Shown in pieces: positions 50,880 through 63,431 of a stretch of DNA of 64,000 nt; within the stretch, counting starts at the first letter, position 1; every line of letters begins with the position of its first letter. Source of the stretch: Octopus sinensis (Eukaryota); NCBI RefSeq assembly GCF_006345805.1, contig NC_043001.1, forward strand, positions 133,796,001-133,860,000, given 5' to 3'. The notes under the pieces are model-generated. The model was not told the origin of the DNA, searched no databases, and saw only the letters and a list, made by a program, of their open reading frames with translations. Position numbers and translations under genes: made by a program.

Positions 50880-51650
50880 TAATATATACGTATGTATATA
50901 TATATATGTATTTATATATGTATGTATATATATGTATTTATATATGTATAAATCCTTAAAAATGTTTTAGCCAGAAGGCCGCGGCCATGCTGGGGCACCA
51001 CCGCTGTATGTATATATATATGTATTTATATACGTATGTATATATATATGTATTTATATACGTATGTATATATATATGTATTTATATACGTATGTATATA
51101 TATATGTATTTATATACGTATGTATATATATATGTATTTATATACGTATGTATATATATATATGTATTTATATACGTATGTATATATATATATGTATTTA
51201 TATACGTATGTATATATATATGTATTTATATATGTATGTATATATGTGTATTTATATATGTATGTATATATGTGTATTTATATGTGTATTTATATCCGTA
51301 TGTATATATGTGTATTTATATCCGTATGTATATATATGTGTATTTATATCCGTATGTATATATATGTGTATTTATATCTGTATGTATATATATGTGTATT
51401 TATATCCGTATGTATATATATGTGTATTTATATCCGTATGTATATATATGTGTATTTATATCCGTATGTATATATATGTGCATTTATATACGTATGTATA
51501 TATATATGTGCATTTATATCCGTATGTATATATATATGTGCATTTATATCCGTATGTATATATATGTGCATTTATATACGTATGTATATATATGTGCATT
51601 TATATACGTATGTATATATATGTGCATTTATATACGTATGTATATATATA
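50880..51650. repeat. AT-rich minisatellite, about 28-30 bp unit
   Basis: tatatatatgtatttatatacgtatg variants that drift progressively along the array. Confidence 0.92.
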
Positions 51651-52349
51651 TGAGATTTTCGGGTGAGGTGATGAAGCGTCGGCATGACACCAGGACTAGT
51701 GAGGTCTTCTCCGAAAATTGTGCAGGCGAACCGTCTGTGAAAGTACCTTGGGTCTGGCCAGTTCAGCTGGAGCACGCCTTCAGAGGTTGGGCTCACCCGT
51801 TGTGAAGGTCGTCTGGAGATACGACTGTAGTGTGCTCTTGTCAGGTCGACAAAGAGCCTAGGGAGGGGGTAGTGTTACGGAGGCAAGAAAAAGTAAACGA
51901 ACAGAAAACATTATGTCCCTTGTTCCATTAGTTGGAATTGAACCGGCGCTCCAGTTGTTCAGGACAATGGTATTTCCTTTGTCCTGTCAAAGACCACGAT
52001 TATTAATGATCCTGGGCATTGAACTATGATCCCACATGGTCACGGAAAGTTTTAAAAAAAAATGCTGGGACGTTATATATACGAGTGGCATTAAGTTGCA
52101 AAGTCAGTCGGTCAGTCGGAGTTGGTCCGTCAGCCAGAAACCATGAGCGGAGCAGACAAGGGAGTGAGTTGGAGATGGTGAAGTCTGCGAGAGGCAACGA
52201 CAAAGATGACAGGCGTGGTCTAGAGAAAGACAGACAGTGAGTGTGAGAGATGACAAGCGAGAGGAAGTAAGGAAGATGACAGTGAAGGGGGCAGAGAGAG
52301 ACATAAGGAACTGGACTGTTATAGTGGGAGTTTTGTGATGAGTGTTACA
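51651..52349 (+). mobile_element. Candidate solo LTR
   Basis: TG...TGTTACA, internal TATATA followed by a cagtc initiator-like tract. Confidence 0.4.
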
Positions 52350-52439
52350 GGCTGGAACATGCAGTAATGTGTTTTATTTGTGTTTTGAATTTCGATGTCT
52401 AAATGTTTGAAAAAGAAAGAGAAAGAAAGGAGGAAGAAA

Positions 52440-53343
52440 ACGTGTTGTGGCTGTTTTTAAAAGAAAACTTAAAGGCCTTAGAGTCAATGTAGCAAAGACC
52501 AAAGTTATCTTAAGTATGAAGGCGAACTCAGCACACACACTCTCAAGTAGGTGGTCCTGCTCAATCTGTAGAAAAGGTGTAGGTAGAAACTCCATAAGAT
52601 GTACCCAGTGTAAGCTATAGACACATAAGAAGTGCAACAACATCAAAGGAAAATTAACTGAGAAGATAGCTTTCGTGTGCGGCAGATGCACACCACAGAT
52701 ATTCAGGGGCAGTAGACACCACAGATACTCAGAAATCACATTCCAGGGGAGAAACTAGAAGTAGTTGATAGTTTCCTTCACCTAGGTGAGCAAGTTAGTA
52801 GTGGAGGTGGATGCTCAGAGAGTGTCACCACTAGAATACGAATAGCCTGGGAAAAGTTTAGAAAGCTTCTACCCCTACTGGGGACAAAGGGTATCTCACT
52901 TAGAGTGAAAGGTAGGTTGTATGACGCATGTTTACGAACTGCCATGCTTCACGGTAGTGAAACATGGGCTGTGACTGCAGAGGACATGCGTAGGTTTGAA
53001 AGAAATGAAGCTAGCATGATCCGCTGGATGTGTAATGTCTGTGCACACACGACAGAGTGTAAGCACCCTGAGAGAAATGCTGGACATAAGAAGCATTGGA
53101 TGTGTCGTGCAAGAGATATGTTTGCGCTGGTATGGTCATGTACTGCGGATGGATTAGGAGAGATGTGTGGAAAAGTGCCACTCCCAAACTGTTGAAGGAA
53201 TCTGGGGTAGAGGTAGACTCAGGAAGACATGGGACGAGGTGGTCAAGCATGACCTTTGAATGTTGGGCCTCACAGAGGCAATGACGAAAGACTGAGACCT
53301 CTGGAGATATGCTGTGACTGCAAAGACCCGACAAATAACGTGA
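52440..53343 (+). mobile_element. RTE-clade LINE, 3' part of RT ORF (degenerate)
   Basis: GLRVNVAKTKV, LEVVDSF.HLG, RIRIAWEKF, VKGRLY..C...MLHGSETW, WYGHVLRM, GR.RKTW. Confidence 0.9.
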
Positions 53344-53798
53344 GTTCATGGCTGTTTCCTGCACCAGCTTCACATAGAAGCCCCAGCCCATCCAAAGTAC
53401 CTTAGATTGCAGGATGGCCTGCTGTGCTTGAGGAGACCTATTGAGTCAAGCACATTAGCATAAAGAAATCAAATGGAAATTGTAGTTATGATACCTGTGC
53501 TGGTGGCACGTAAAGAGCACCATCCGAACGTGGTGCTGCCTTGGCTGGCTTCCATGCCGGTGGCATGTAAAAAGCACACTCCAATCGTGGCCGTTGCCAA
53601 CCTCCCTGGCACCTGTGCAGGTGGCACGTAAAAGCACCCTCTACGCTCACGGAGTGGTTGGCTTTAGGATGGGCATCCAGCTGTAGAAGCACTGCGAGAT
53701 CAGACTGGACCTTGGTGCAGCCTCCTGGCTTCCCAGACCCCGGTTGAACCATCCAACCCATGCTAGCATGGAAAACGGACGTTAAACGATGATGATGA

Positions 53799-53802
<4 letters not shown>
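53344..53802 (+). mobile_element. Repeat family C contiguous with the RTE ORF (putative LINE 3' UTR)
   Basis: Follows the RTE stop codon in the same orientation and ends in (GAT)n. Confidence 0.8.
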
Positions 53803-53836
<34 letters not shown>

Positions 53837-54379
53837 GTAAGAGGTAACAGTAACAGGGAAAAACTACATTTCACGAAGAAATGGAGCACAACAAGTGGTC
53901 ACACTTGAAAGCAACACCTAAAGCAAGTGTCTTCTACTATAACCCACAAGCTTTCAAGTGTGACCATTTGTTCGTGAAATGTAGTTTTTCCCTGTTCGTG
54001 AAATGTAGTTTTTCCCTGTTGCAGGCCTTCGTGATGACAAGTAACCCCAAGATCATATCACTTAGACATCAGTTGATGCACCTTGCATTGTTAGCTAGAG
54101 AATTATGACTGCTCCAGACCTATACTACCCTTCCCAATAGCTTTATCAATGAGGGAGCTACAGAAGTGGGCAGTATTTTATTGTGTATGACAACCTGATT
54201 ATTGGACAAAGGGCCTGCCATTTGTTTTGTGACTTCAAAAAGGTTGAATCTTGACTCACATTGGAAAGGGAAGTGGAGAAAACAATGGGGAGCAAAGAGC
54301 TCTCACTCATTCGATTTTATAGTGACAAATGCTTGTACAACATGGGGAAAACCTTAAGTAGTTTGTCCATCATTGTTGA

Positions 54380-55700
54380 TGATGACCAAGTACATCACAT
54401 GGGAGAAAAAGATGGGTGATGATGTGTCCAGCTGTGCCTGATCTGTCTGATGCATACTCAGAAGGCTTTGTTGTGAGTCAGAAACTGGTAGTCTGCTCAG
54501 GCTGAAGGCAAGGAGTTTGCTCTGGACTTGTGCAGTTTGTGCTTTCTTCATGTCCCTGCAATGTTGTTCTGTTTGTGGGAGGTGGGACCTCTGTTGGCGC
54601 AGCTTTGCCTGGCAGAGTACTCTTGTGCTTGTGTTTCCCAAGTTATCAAAGCACTTCAGTGAGGCTTCGAGTATTCTTGAAGCACTTTTTCTGTCCACTT
54701 TGCATATGCTTGCCTTCCACCTGTTTGCTGTAAAACAGTTTCTTGGGGAATTGCATGTCAGGCATTCAAACAAGGTGGCCTGCTCACCTGACTTGCACTT
54801 TCCTCAGCAGTGTATAGATGCTTGACAGTTGATATGGAAGTCTCGCAGACATAAGTAGCATGAGCCATACATCTGCTTGGTACACATTCAACTTAGTGGC
54901 CAGGCTAATGCCTCTCTTCTCACACTGATTCATATAGCCACCAGAATGTTGTGTTGCCCTTGGTGATGCATGTGTCGAATTCACAGATCTGGAAAGTGTG
55001 CTTCCGAGGTATGTGAGCAACCTTCAGCATTTCCCCTTTGACAGTTGTAGTTAGTTCCACATATGGCTTCTGCATGGCAGGCTGGCATATGACTTCTGTC
55101 TTCTGAGTACTGATTGTGAAGCCAAAGTTGTTTCAAGCAGTGGAAAAGCAGTTTATTCTCTGCTGCATCTGAGCCTTTGTTGTGACATTGTGTACACAGT
55201 TGTCTGCAAACTGTCCAGTACTTGAGCAAATGTACCATTGTAACTGATGCACCATGCTTGATGAATTTGTCTGGGCAGCTAAACTTTCCCATGATCTTCC
55301 AAAGTCTCTCATGACTGATGGTGTCAAAGTCCTTAGTTAAGTCTACAAATGTCACGTATAGATCCCTGTTCTGTTCCTGGCACTTCTCCTGAAGCTGGCA
55401 TGCTACAAAGATCATGTTGAATGTCTTACAGCCCTCTCTGAAGCCATACTGACTCTCTGGTAGATGCCTGCCTTCCAACTGCTTAGTGAGGCAGTTAAGT
55501 GGAACTCATGCAAGTATCTTGCAAGCGATGCCAAGAGAGAAGTTTCTCAATGGTTGTCATAAGATTGCCTGTTTCCCTTTCTCTTGTAGAGATGGACAAT
55601 AGAAGCATCCTTGAGCTCCTGAGGAACAATTTCCTGTTGCCACACAATTTGAAAGAAATTGGAAACATTCTCTATTATCAGTTTTAACAGGAAAAAATGC
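54380..55700 (-). mobile_element. RTE/BovB-like LINE RT relic
   Basis: VPQELKDASIVHLYKRKGNR, LPESQYGFR, QLQEKCQEQ, FVDLTKDFDTI, TYLGSTLS; frameshifted. Confidence 0.9.
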
Positions 55701-56888
55701 ACAATCACTGCACATTCAAGAATACATTGCACCTCACCCTAGATATGGACACTACAAACACTTCAAATGCTAGGTTTCAATATCATTGAGGCTCTCCCCT
55801 GATGAATGAATGCATGTCCTCATAATAGCAAAGACTGTATCACAGAGTTTCGTCATCTTCAGAACCAGAAAATACTTCATTCCCTAACAACTACTAACCC
55901 ATAACAATGTTCAGATGACATGCACAATGGTGTATTGTTTCAATATGTAGGAAGGTACTGCTGTTATACAGATATCCTAAATTGCAACCAGAGAAACGTC
56001 ACTTGACTAACTGGTATAAAGTCATTGAGCACCCTCCCCAGTCTCTGGCCCACAGATATGCTGTTACCTCTTACTGTCTTTTCTACTGCTATTACAAAGG
56101 CTACTGTTTCTCGGGGCTAGCTGGTCTTGTACCACCTCCATTCAGGCTTTCTCAATTCATTCATCTCTCTTCTCTTGTCCCCCATATTCAGCATGTTGAC
56201 CTTCAGGAATTCCTTCCTACCATATCTTACCAGTGTCAGAGAGTTTGTGTACTGTGAGCTTGACCCCTTCCTCTAAACTAGTAAATTTACTATACTGGGG
56301 AAAAAGAGGGAAGGTGATGGCCAAAACAGCGTTCATCTTATGCCTACTTAGTCAGGGCTGACCCGATGTTAAACAACAATACTTCAAGGAGGCAATACTT
56401 CAAGACAGCCATGGGCTCTATCTTTTTTTTTCACTGATTTTTAAAATATAAAACAACTAACGGGAGGGAATAATAATGGATAGTATTTTGCTGTCATGTA
56501 TGAGGAGAATGAACAATGTTATAGTTTCCTACAGAGAGGGCCCATTCATAAAGATAACAAAGGCTCTTGTACTTTATTACAGAGAAGGCCTATATACAAG
56601 GATTTTTTTATAAAGAAGATCCATACCTACAAGAATGATGAAGTCTTTTCTGAGGCTGCTTTATGAAAACTTAGGAAAATTAGCAAAGTTAAAAATTATT
56701 TAATTGCAAGTTTATTTGATTGGTGTTATTAAGGGCGCTTGTTATCAAATTTATTATACCTCGAAGGAAGTTCTCATATATGAAATCTTAAATTAATTTC
56801 ATTCATGCTATGGTACCTTCAGTTAAGTGAGAATAGTGTTCAACCCAAAATGTTGTAAGAGTTGTGATAATGAAACTATATAGGAAAT

Positions 56889-57104
56889 GAGGCGAGCTGG
56901 CAGAAACGTTAGCACGCCGGGCGAAATGCTTTGCGGTATTTTGTCTGCCGTTATGTTCTGAGTTCAAATTCCGCCAAGGTCGACTTTGCTTTTCATCCTT
57001 TCAGGGTCGATAAAGTACCAGTTACGCTCTGGGGTCGATGTAATCGGCTTAAAACCCCTTGTTTGTCCCCTCTATGTTTAGCCCCTTGTGGGTAGTAAAG
57101 AAAT
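56889..57104 (+). mobile_element. SINE family D
   Basis: Match; TSD-like tatataggaaatgag. Confidence 0.88.
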
Positions 57105-57328
57105 ATATATATAGGAAATGAGAAACTGCTTCACTGGGCATCTTGAACAACCAAGTAAAACATCGTCATTTAATGTCCACTTCCCATACTGGCATGGGTT
57201 GGACAGTTCAACAGGAGCTGGTGAGCCAGAGGACTGCCAGGCTCCACTGTCTGCTTTGGTATGGTTTCTGCAGTTGGATTCCATTCTTAATGCCAACCAT
57301 TTTACAGAATATACTAGGTGCTTTATAC

Positions 57329-57910
57329 ATCATCATCATTGTTCGACCGTTGTTGAGACAATGGAATTTACCATGCTACGCCAGACTTTACGGTCCATCA
57401 TGGCATTACGAAGGTCCTGTTGCTGGATGCCTGTATCCCTGGAGATTACATCAGGGTAGGAGAGTGTGTGCCCTCTGCTATTGCGAGTAGATGGCTTCCA
57501 GAGGAGAAGAGTAGAAATTACTTCTTTTTCAGCTCTACAACAATGTCCAACAAACTGGACTCTCCTACCTTTCACAAGAGATGACACAGGTGGTAGTTTC
57601 CCATATTTTTGTACTTTGGTTGGATGACACTTCCACAAGAGATTTTGAGCTCTCATAAGGAGGCGAGTGTAAGTTCCATCCAACCGCCTCTCAAGCTTCT
57701 TTGATAACGTCCAGGTTTCTGAGCCATATAGTAGAATTGGTTCGACTGTGGCTTTGAAGATTTCAAGTTTGAAGTCTCTACTTAGATTTGATGACCAGAT
57801 CTTATGCATGTCATTACAGGCTGACCAGGCCATACCCTTTCTAGTTAGAAAGTCTTTTCCAGATGATGATATGTATGACCCAAGATATTTATAATCAGAA
57901 ACCATATTTA
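57329..57910 (-). mobile_element. 5'-truncated LINE (RTE-like) RT C-terminus with (ATG)n tail
   Basis: DYKYLGS, KATVEPILLYGSETWTL, open 196-aa frame ending at a TGA/(ATG)n tail. Confidence 0.88.
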
Positions 57911-58244
57911 TACATGGCACTAGCATATGAGCAAGGTTACCAAGTAACTTGCAAACTAAGACTCGCCAACTGAGGGGTTGGGGTGGGGGAAAGTATTGAG
58001 GAGAGTGGCTTTGTGCCAGGTGCTGAGTAGTTAAGGTATGATAGTGAGACGGAAACGGGTATCTTGCTGTAGAGGAGATTCATGGTTACACCAGTTGAAA
58101 AAGAGAGAGGAGGGGGAGAAGATGGAGGCGAGGATGTGTTGGGGCATAAATCATTGATGTTAAATAGACATTATTTTAATTCATAAAAAAATAAAATCAG
58201 TTACATGTAATGTAATTGATACAAAGGCATTACTGTCTGTGGAT

Positions 58245-58624
58245 GGAAGCACTCCGTCGGTCATGACGACGAGGGTTCCGGTTGATCCGATCAACGGAAC
58301 AGCCTGCTCATGAAATTAACGTGTAAGTGGCTGAGCACTCCACAGACACGTTACCCTTAACGTAGTTCTCGGGGATATTCAGCGTGACACAGAGAGTGAC
58401 AAGGCCGGCCCTTTGAAATACAGGTACAACAGAAACAGGAAGTAAGAGTGAGAGAAGGTTGTGGTGAAAGAGTACAGCAGGGATCACCACCATCCCTGCC
58501 GGAGCCTCGTGGAGCTTTAGGTGTTTTCGCTCAATAAACACTCACAACGCCCAGTCTGGGAATCGAAACCGTGGTCCTACGACCGTGAGTCCACTGTCTT
58601 AACCACTGGGCCATTGCGCCTCCA
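58245..58624 (-). mobile_element. SINE family B
   Basis: Match; TSD-like tactgtctgt. Confidence 0.9.
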
Positions 58625-58936
58625 CTACTGTCTGTATCGGTTACATGTGTTTTGTTACTGTCTGGTCTCTGACACTGAATGAAAGCGCTATTTAAATGTG
58701 AAACTTTCAGGTTAGTAAGTCATGGAAGGATTACAAGGGGCATGAACTTGGCAGTTCATTTTAGACTGATGAGATAGGTGACGGTTGACGTTCAGCTGGA
58801 CTATATGTAAGTCAATATTGGCTGAAATAATCTAGGCAAAGAACTGATGATTTATTTTGAAACTTACATTTAGAAAAAAAAAAATTACAAAATGAATTAT
58901 GTTTTTATCACTGATTTATACATCTTTTTCTAACAG

Positions 58937-59025
58937 AAAAATGTTGGTCGTCTGTTTTCTAAGTTTGGAGAAATCCAGTCCATAATGGTTAGAGATGACA
59001 ACAATACCCCGGGCACTAAAATTTC
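58937..59025 (+). CDS. RRM protein exon 2 (KNVGRLFSKFGEIQSIMVRDDNNTPGTKIS)
   Basis: LFSKFGEI helix1/loop of an RRM; ctaacag acceptor, gtaagt donor; phase 0 in, phase 2 out. Confidence 0.9.
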
Positions 59026-59464
59026 GTAAGTGGTATTTTTTTTTTTTTTGTCTTCTAAGTAATATTTTACACTTAAATTTTAGGTTGTTGAAATAGAGAT
59101 TGGAAATATTTTTAGGCTTAAAAATTATGACTGTTTAGTGTAGATTCTTGACAGATTCTTAATAAAATAACTACGATTACATCATATTTTAACCAGATAT
59201 GTAGAGCTAAATAGTAGATTATACAAACATTTTGGAAAGATATTTGTTGAAGTAATCTATATGAAACTAATTAAAAATGTTTATATTTCAAGAAAGATAA
59301 CATGTATCTGATTTAAGATACTTAACTCTTTCAGAGATCATCTTTTCAGATTCCCTGATTTTGGTCCTTTTGTTTTTGTTATTTAAAGCATCAGTATATA
59401 ATTCGGGCCTAGAATCTACTAATAGATGTATTTACAGGAGCTATAATGATGTTCAAAACTTAGA

Positions 59465-59806
59465 TATAACAAGCCAACACCAATGTCCTCTCAACGATTA
59501 GCCAGAGAGGATTTTTAAAATGAGAATATCTGAAATAAACTTGACTGCTCTCACAAACAAGAATACTAAAAATGACCCCAACCCCTCTCAAAAATTAAGT
59601 AAAAAACAGAAAAATAATCCAGAATCCTTGTCCGGTACCCGATCAATCCCCAAATCTAATCAGTTTGTGCCAGTCACGAGGACAAACAACCCTGAAAGTT
59701 TCATCCAAATCCATCCAATGGTTCTTGAGATATCTTGTCCACAGACAAAAGAAACAAACAAATGTGACTGAAAACAATACCTCCGCCTTAGCTAAGGTGG
59801 AGGTAA
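59465..59806. mobile_element. Helitron/Helentron-like non-autonomous element
   Basis: Terminal hairpin tacctccgcc-ttagctaa-ggtggaggta; left boundary and class uncertain. Confidence 0.4.
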
Positions 59807-59977
59807 TAAGCAATAACAAATAAATTCTAGGTAACTAGGCATTGTGGATAGTTGCTAGGGCATGTTTTTGCGATATGTGCAGAATCTTCAACTGATCAAC
59901 TGTCTGTCATAAGCGCAACATGGGTCATAATTCTACATAGCCTGTTATTCCAGATCAGTGATGAATGAATCTGTGGC

Positions 59978-60361
59978 GGAGGCGCAATGGCCCAGTGGTT
60001 AGGGCAGAGGACTCGTGGTCATAGGATCGCGGTTTCGATTCCCAGACCGGGCGTTGTGAGTGTTTATTGAGCGAAAACACCTAAAAGCTCCACGAGGCTC
60101 CGGCAGGGGATGGTGGTGATCCCTGCTGTACTCTTTCACCACAACTTTCTCTCACTCTTACTTCCTGTTTCTGTTGTACCTGTATTTCAAGGGGCCGGCC
60201 TTGTCACTCTCTGTGTCACACTGAATCTCCTCGAGAACTACGTTAAGGGTACATTTGTCTGTGGAGTGCTCAGCCACTTACACGTTAATTTCATGAGCAG
60301 GCTGTTCCGTTGATTCGGATCAACCAGAAACCCTCGTCGTCGTAACCGACGGAGTGCTTCC
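59978..60361 (+). mobile_element. SINE family B
   Basis: Match; TSD-like aatgaatctgtg. Confidence 0.9.
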
Positions 60362-60504
60362 TAAAAAATGAATCTGTGATAAACAAAGGCTATGTGCATT
60401 AAGAATTATTAACTAAGTGGAATATTAACCAACTGGTGATGAGTTAAGCAAGAAACTGAAGGGTTTATTTGAACATTCAAGAAGTTGTTGTTGTTTCAGT
60501 ATTC

Positions 60505-60778
60505 ATCATCATCATCGTTCAACGTCCGTTCTCCATGCTAGCATGGGTTGGACGGTTCGACAGGGGTCTGGGAAGCCAGGGCTGCACCAGGCTCCAGTCT
60601 GATCTGGCAGTGTTTCTACAGCTGGATGCCCTTCCTAACGCCAACCACTCTGCGAGTGTAGTGGGTGCTTTTTACGTGCCACCTGCACAGGTGCCGGGGG
60701 GGGGGCGTCTGGCATCGGCCACGATCGGTTGGTGCTTTTAACGTGCCACCGGCACAGAAGCCAGTCGAGGCGACGCTG
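60505..60778 (-). mobile_element. Repeat family C
   Basis: Match. Confidence 0.85.
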
Positions 60779-61097
60779 ATGAATTAGAAATTGTGGCTCT
60801 TTACTGTGCTAATTAACTACTTGCATTAATAAACTATTTATAATTTATATGACTATGTGTGTATATTATGAATATAAGGAGTTTTGAATTCCCCTGTTAT
60901 TGACTATATTGCTGCTAATAGCTAAGGTAGCAAGAAGAAGCAAGTAGGCTTATGATAATATTTAGTGCCTGTATTTTAACTTTGAGAAATCACAAATTTC
61001 AAAAAATAAAAACAATGTATTTTATATGTTTTTCATATATTCTAATCCTATTTTCTATAATTTGTCTTCAGTTTTCCACATTTATGATTTCTTTTAG

Positions 61098-61217
61098 CTA
61101 TGTTCGCTTTTATTGTGATGAAGATTCCAAGAAAGCTGTAGATGAATGTAATGGCTGTGATGTTGATGGAAACACCATTGTAGTAAGACGTACAGGAAAA
61201 AATGATAAAAGACACAG
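61098..61217 (+). CDS. RRM protein exon 3 (YVRFYCDEDSKKAVDECNGCDVDGNTIVVRRTGKNDKRH)
   Basis: RNP1-like (KIS)YVRF and A...NG..VDG..IVV; cttttag acceptor, gtgaat donor; 120 nt phase 2-2. Gene continues downstream. Confidence 0.9.
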
Positions 61218-61269
61218 GTGAATACAATAAAATTATTAGTGTTTTTCCCTTCTGAACTATTAAGGTACT

Positions 61270-62760
61270 GTAAGCTAACTGCATTTCATCATCACCTTTG
61301 CTATCTTCATTTTATGTCTGTTTTTGTATGCTTACACATGGACAGATCTTCTCAAGCACTGTCTCACTTCTTGTAATCACTCCTTGTATCTTTGTTAGAT
61401 TGAGCATCCTGAAGTCATCTTTCATCTCTTGTCTTCCTCATTGTTCCTTTCCTGCAGTTTCCTTCTACTTGAGACTGCTTTACTTGAATGTCTGTACCAA
61501 TGCAGTTTTCTCTTTGGCATGCTGCATCTGACTCTTCTTATACTTAGGTTTCTCTCAGCTCATTTGTACTGTATTACTCATACACATTTACATTATACAT
61601 CTGGCCTCCGTGCTGTGGGCACGTAACAAACACCATCCGATCGTGGCCGTGCCAGCCTCGCCTGGCCTCCGTGCCACGTAACAAACACCATCCGAGCGTG
61701 GCCGTTCGCCAGCCTCGTCTGGCACCTGTGTCGGTGGCACATAAAAAGCACCCACTACACTCACGGAGTGGTTGGCGTTAGGAAGGGCATCCAGCTGTAG
61801 AAACACTGCCAGATCTGACTGGCCTGGTGCAGCCTTCGGGCTTCCCAGACCCCAGTTGAACCGTTCAACCCATGCTAGCATGGAAAGCGGACGTTAAATG
61901 ATGATGATGATGATCTAATGAAGCAAGCTTCTCTCAATTCTTTCAAACCTTCACACATCCTCCATATTTAATGCACATTTTGCTACTGTGCAATATTGCA
62001 TTGGTACACAAGCATCAATATGTCCTTCACTCAGAGAGTGAATCCTGTATTAACAGAAGTGATAGCTCCCTGAATTTTTTCCATACCATTCTTATTCTGG
62101 CTATTCTTTTGGAACATCTACATTTACTATCTGCTCAGTCACCTAACCAACCTGTGATTCTACTATACTTTGTGCACTATAGTTTACATTAGGTACACCA
62201 TTTGAAATTCTTACCTTCCCATTTTTTGCATATCAAAGGGATTTAAGTTCTGTCTTTCCAGTGATTAAAGCATTGATTCTAGGTTTTACTTTCACACATG
62301 AAATTGCTTCTAAATCTTCAACAGATTCAGCTATAAATACTAGATCAGCAGCATACAGCATATAGGAGGAATTCTTATATACAGCTGATCTTAAATTCCC
62401 TTGTAATGGTTTGAAGAACTACAATAAACAGAAGGTGGCTGAGAACCAAGCACAGATGGCTATCTATCTAAATTCCTTGCTGAAATCTGCTGATAGCATA
62501 CATGGAAAAAGCTTAAAAGCCATGTCACTCAAACCTAGCTTTCTAGTGACCATTAAATTACAGACCCTGGTACTCTGTCAAAGCCTTTTTTAAGGTCATG
62601 AATACTAAGTATTGTGGCTTTGTCTTAGCTAAGATCTTTTGTAGTTGTATCACTAGGAATACAGCCTTGGTTGTAAATTGTCCTGACATAAACCCAAATT
62701 GCATCTCATCTAATTTAATTTTCTTAATTCTGCTAAAACTCTTTTGGAACCGGTTACTTT
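61270..62760 (-). mobile_element. Old RTE-like LINE relic, interrupted by the repeat at 61603-61914
   Basis: LDEMQFGFM...A.FLV.QLQ.....LVF..LKKA; the 3' part resembles 53000-53340. Confidence 0.7.
61603..61914 (+). mobile_element. Repeat family C
   Basis: Match. Confidence 0.85.
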
Positions 62761-62997
62761 CAAAACCTGTCCCATCAGTTTGATGCTTCTTTGTTGAGTG
62801 TCTTCTTTGCCCTAGTATAGCAGTTGATGCTGCTGCTGCTGTCCTAGTTATTGAGTATGACTCCTCCCTTCTATCTGATTGACTATGTAAATGACTAACA
62901 TGTGTCCTACTTTGCAGAATATCTTTCACTTCTCAATGGCTATTCCTGATCGTTCAGTTGCTTTCCCTGTTTTCATGTCTTTGTGTTTTATTACATA

Positions 62998-63208
62998 TAC
63001 TCTTTTACTCTTTTACTTGTTTCAGTCATTTGACTGCGGCCATGCTGGAGCACCACCTTTAGTCGAGCAAATTGACCCCGGGACTTATTCTTTGTAAGCC
63101 CAGTACTTATTCTATCGGTCTCTTTTGCCGAACCGCTAAGTGACGGGGACATAAACACACCAGCATCGGTTGTCAGGCAATGCTAGGGGGACAAACACAG
63201 ACACACAA

Positions 63209-63271
<63 letters not shown>

Positions 63272-63431
63272 TACGACAGGCTTCTTTCAGTTTCCGTCTA
63301 CCAAATCCACTCACAAGGCATTGGTCGGCCCGGGGCTATAGCAGAAGACACTTGCCCAAGATGCCACGCAGTGGGACTGAACCCGGAACCATGTGGTTGG
63401 TTAGCAAGCTACTTACCACACAGCCACTCCT
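62998..63431 (-). mobile_element. SINE family A
   Basis: Full-length match. Confidence 0.9.

Noticed and set aside
48923-51805. Long ORFs of 200-429 aa rich in Y/I/C/V/M
   Set aside because: Translations of TA/TG microsatellites that lack stop codons by composition.
53852-54020. Short inverted repeat with tandem duplication of one arm
   Set aside because: A real 26-bp repeat, but with no TSD or recognisable motif; probably a small MITE remnant.
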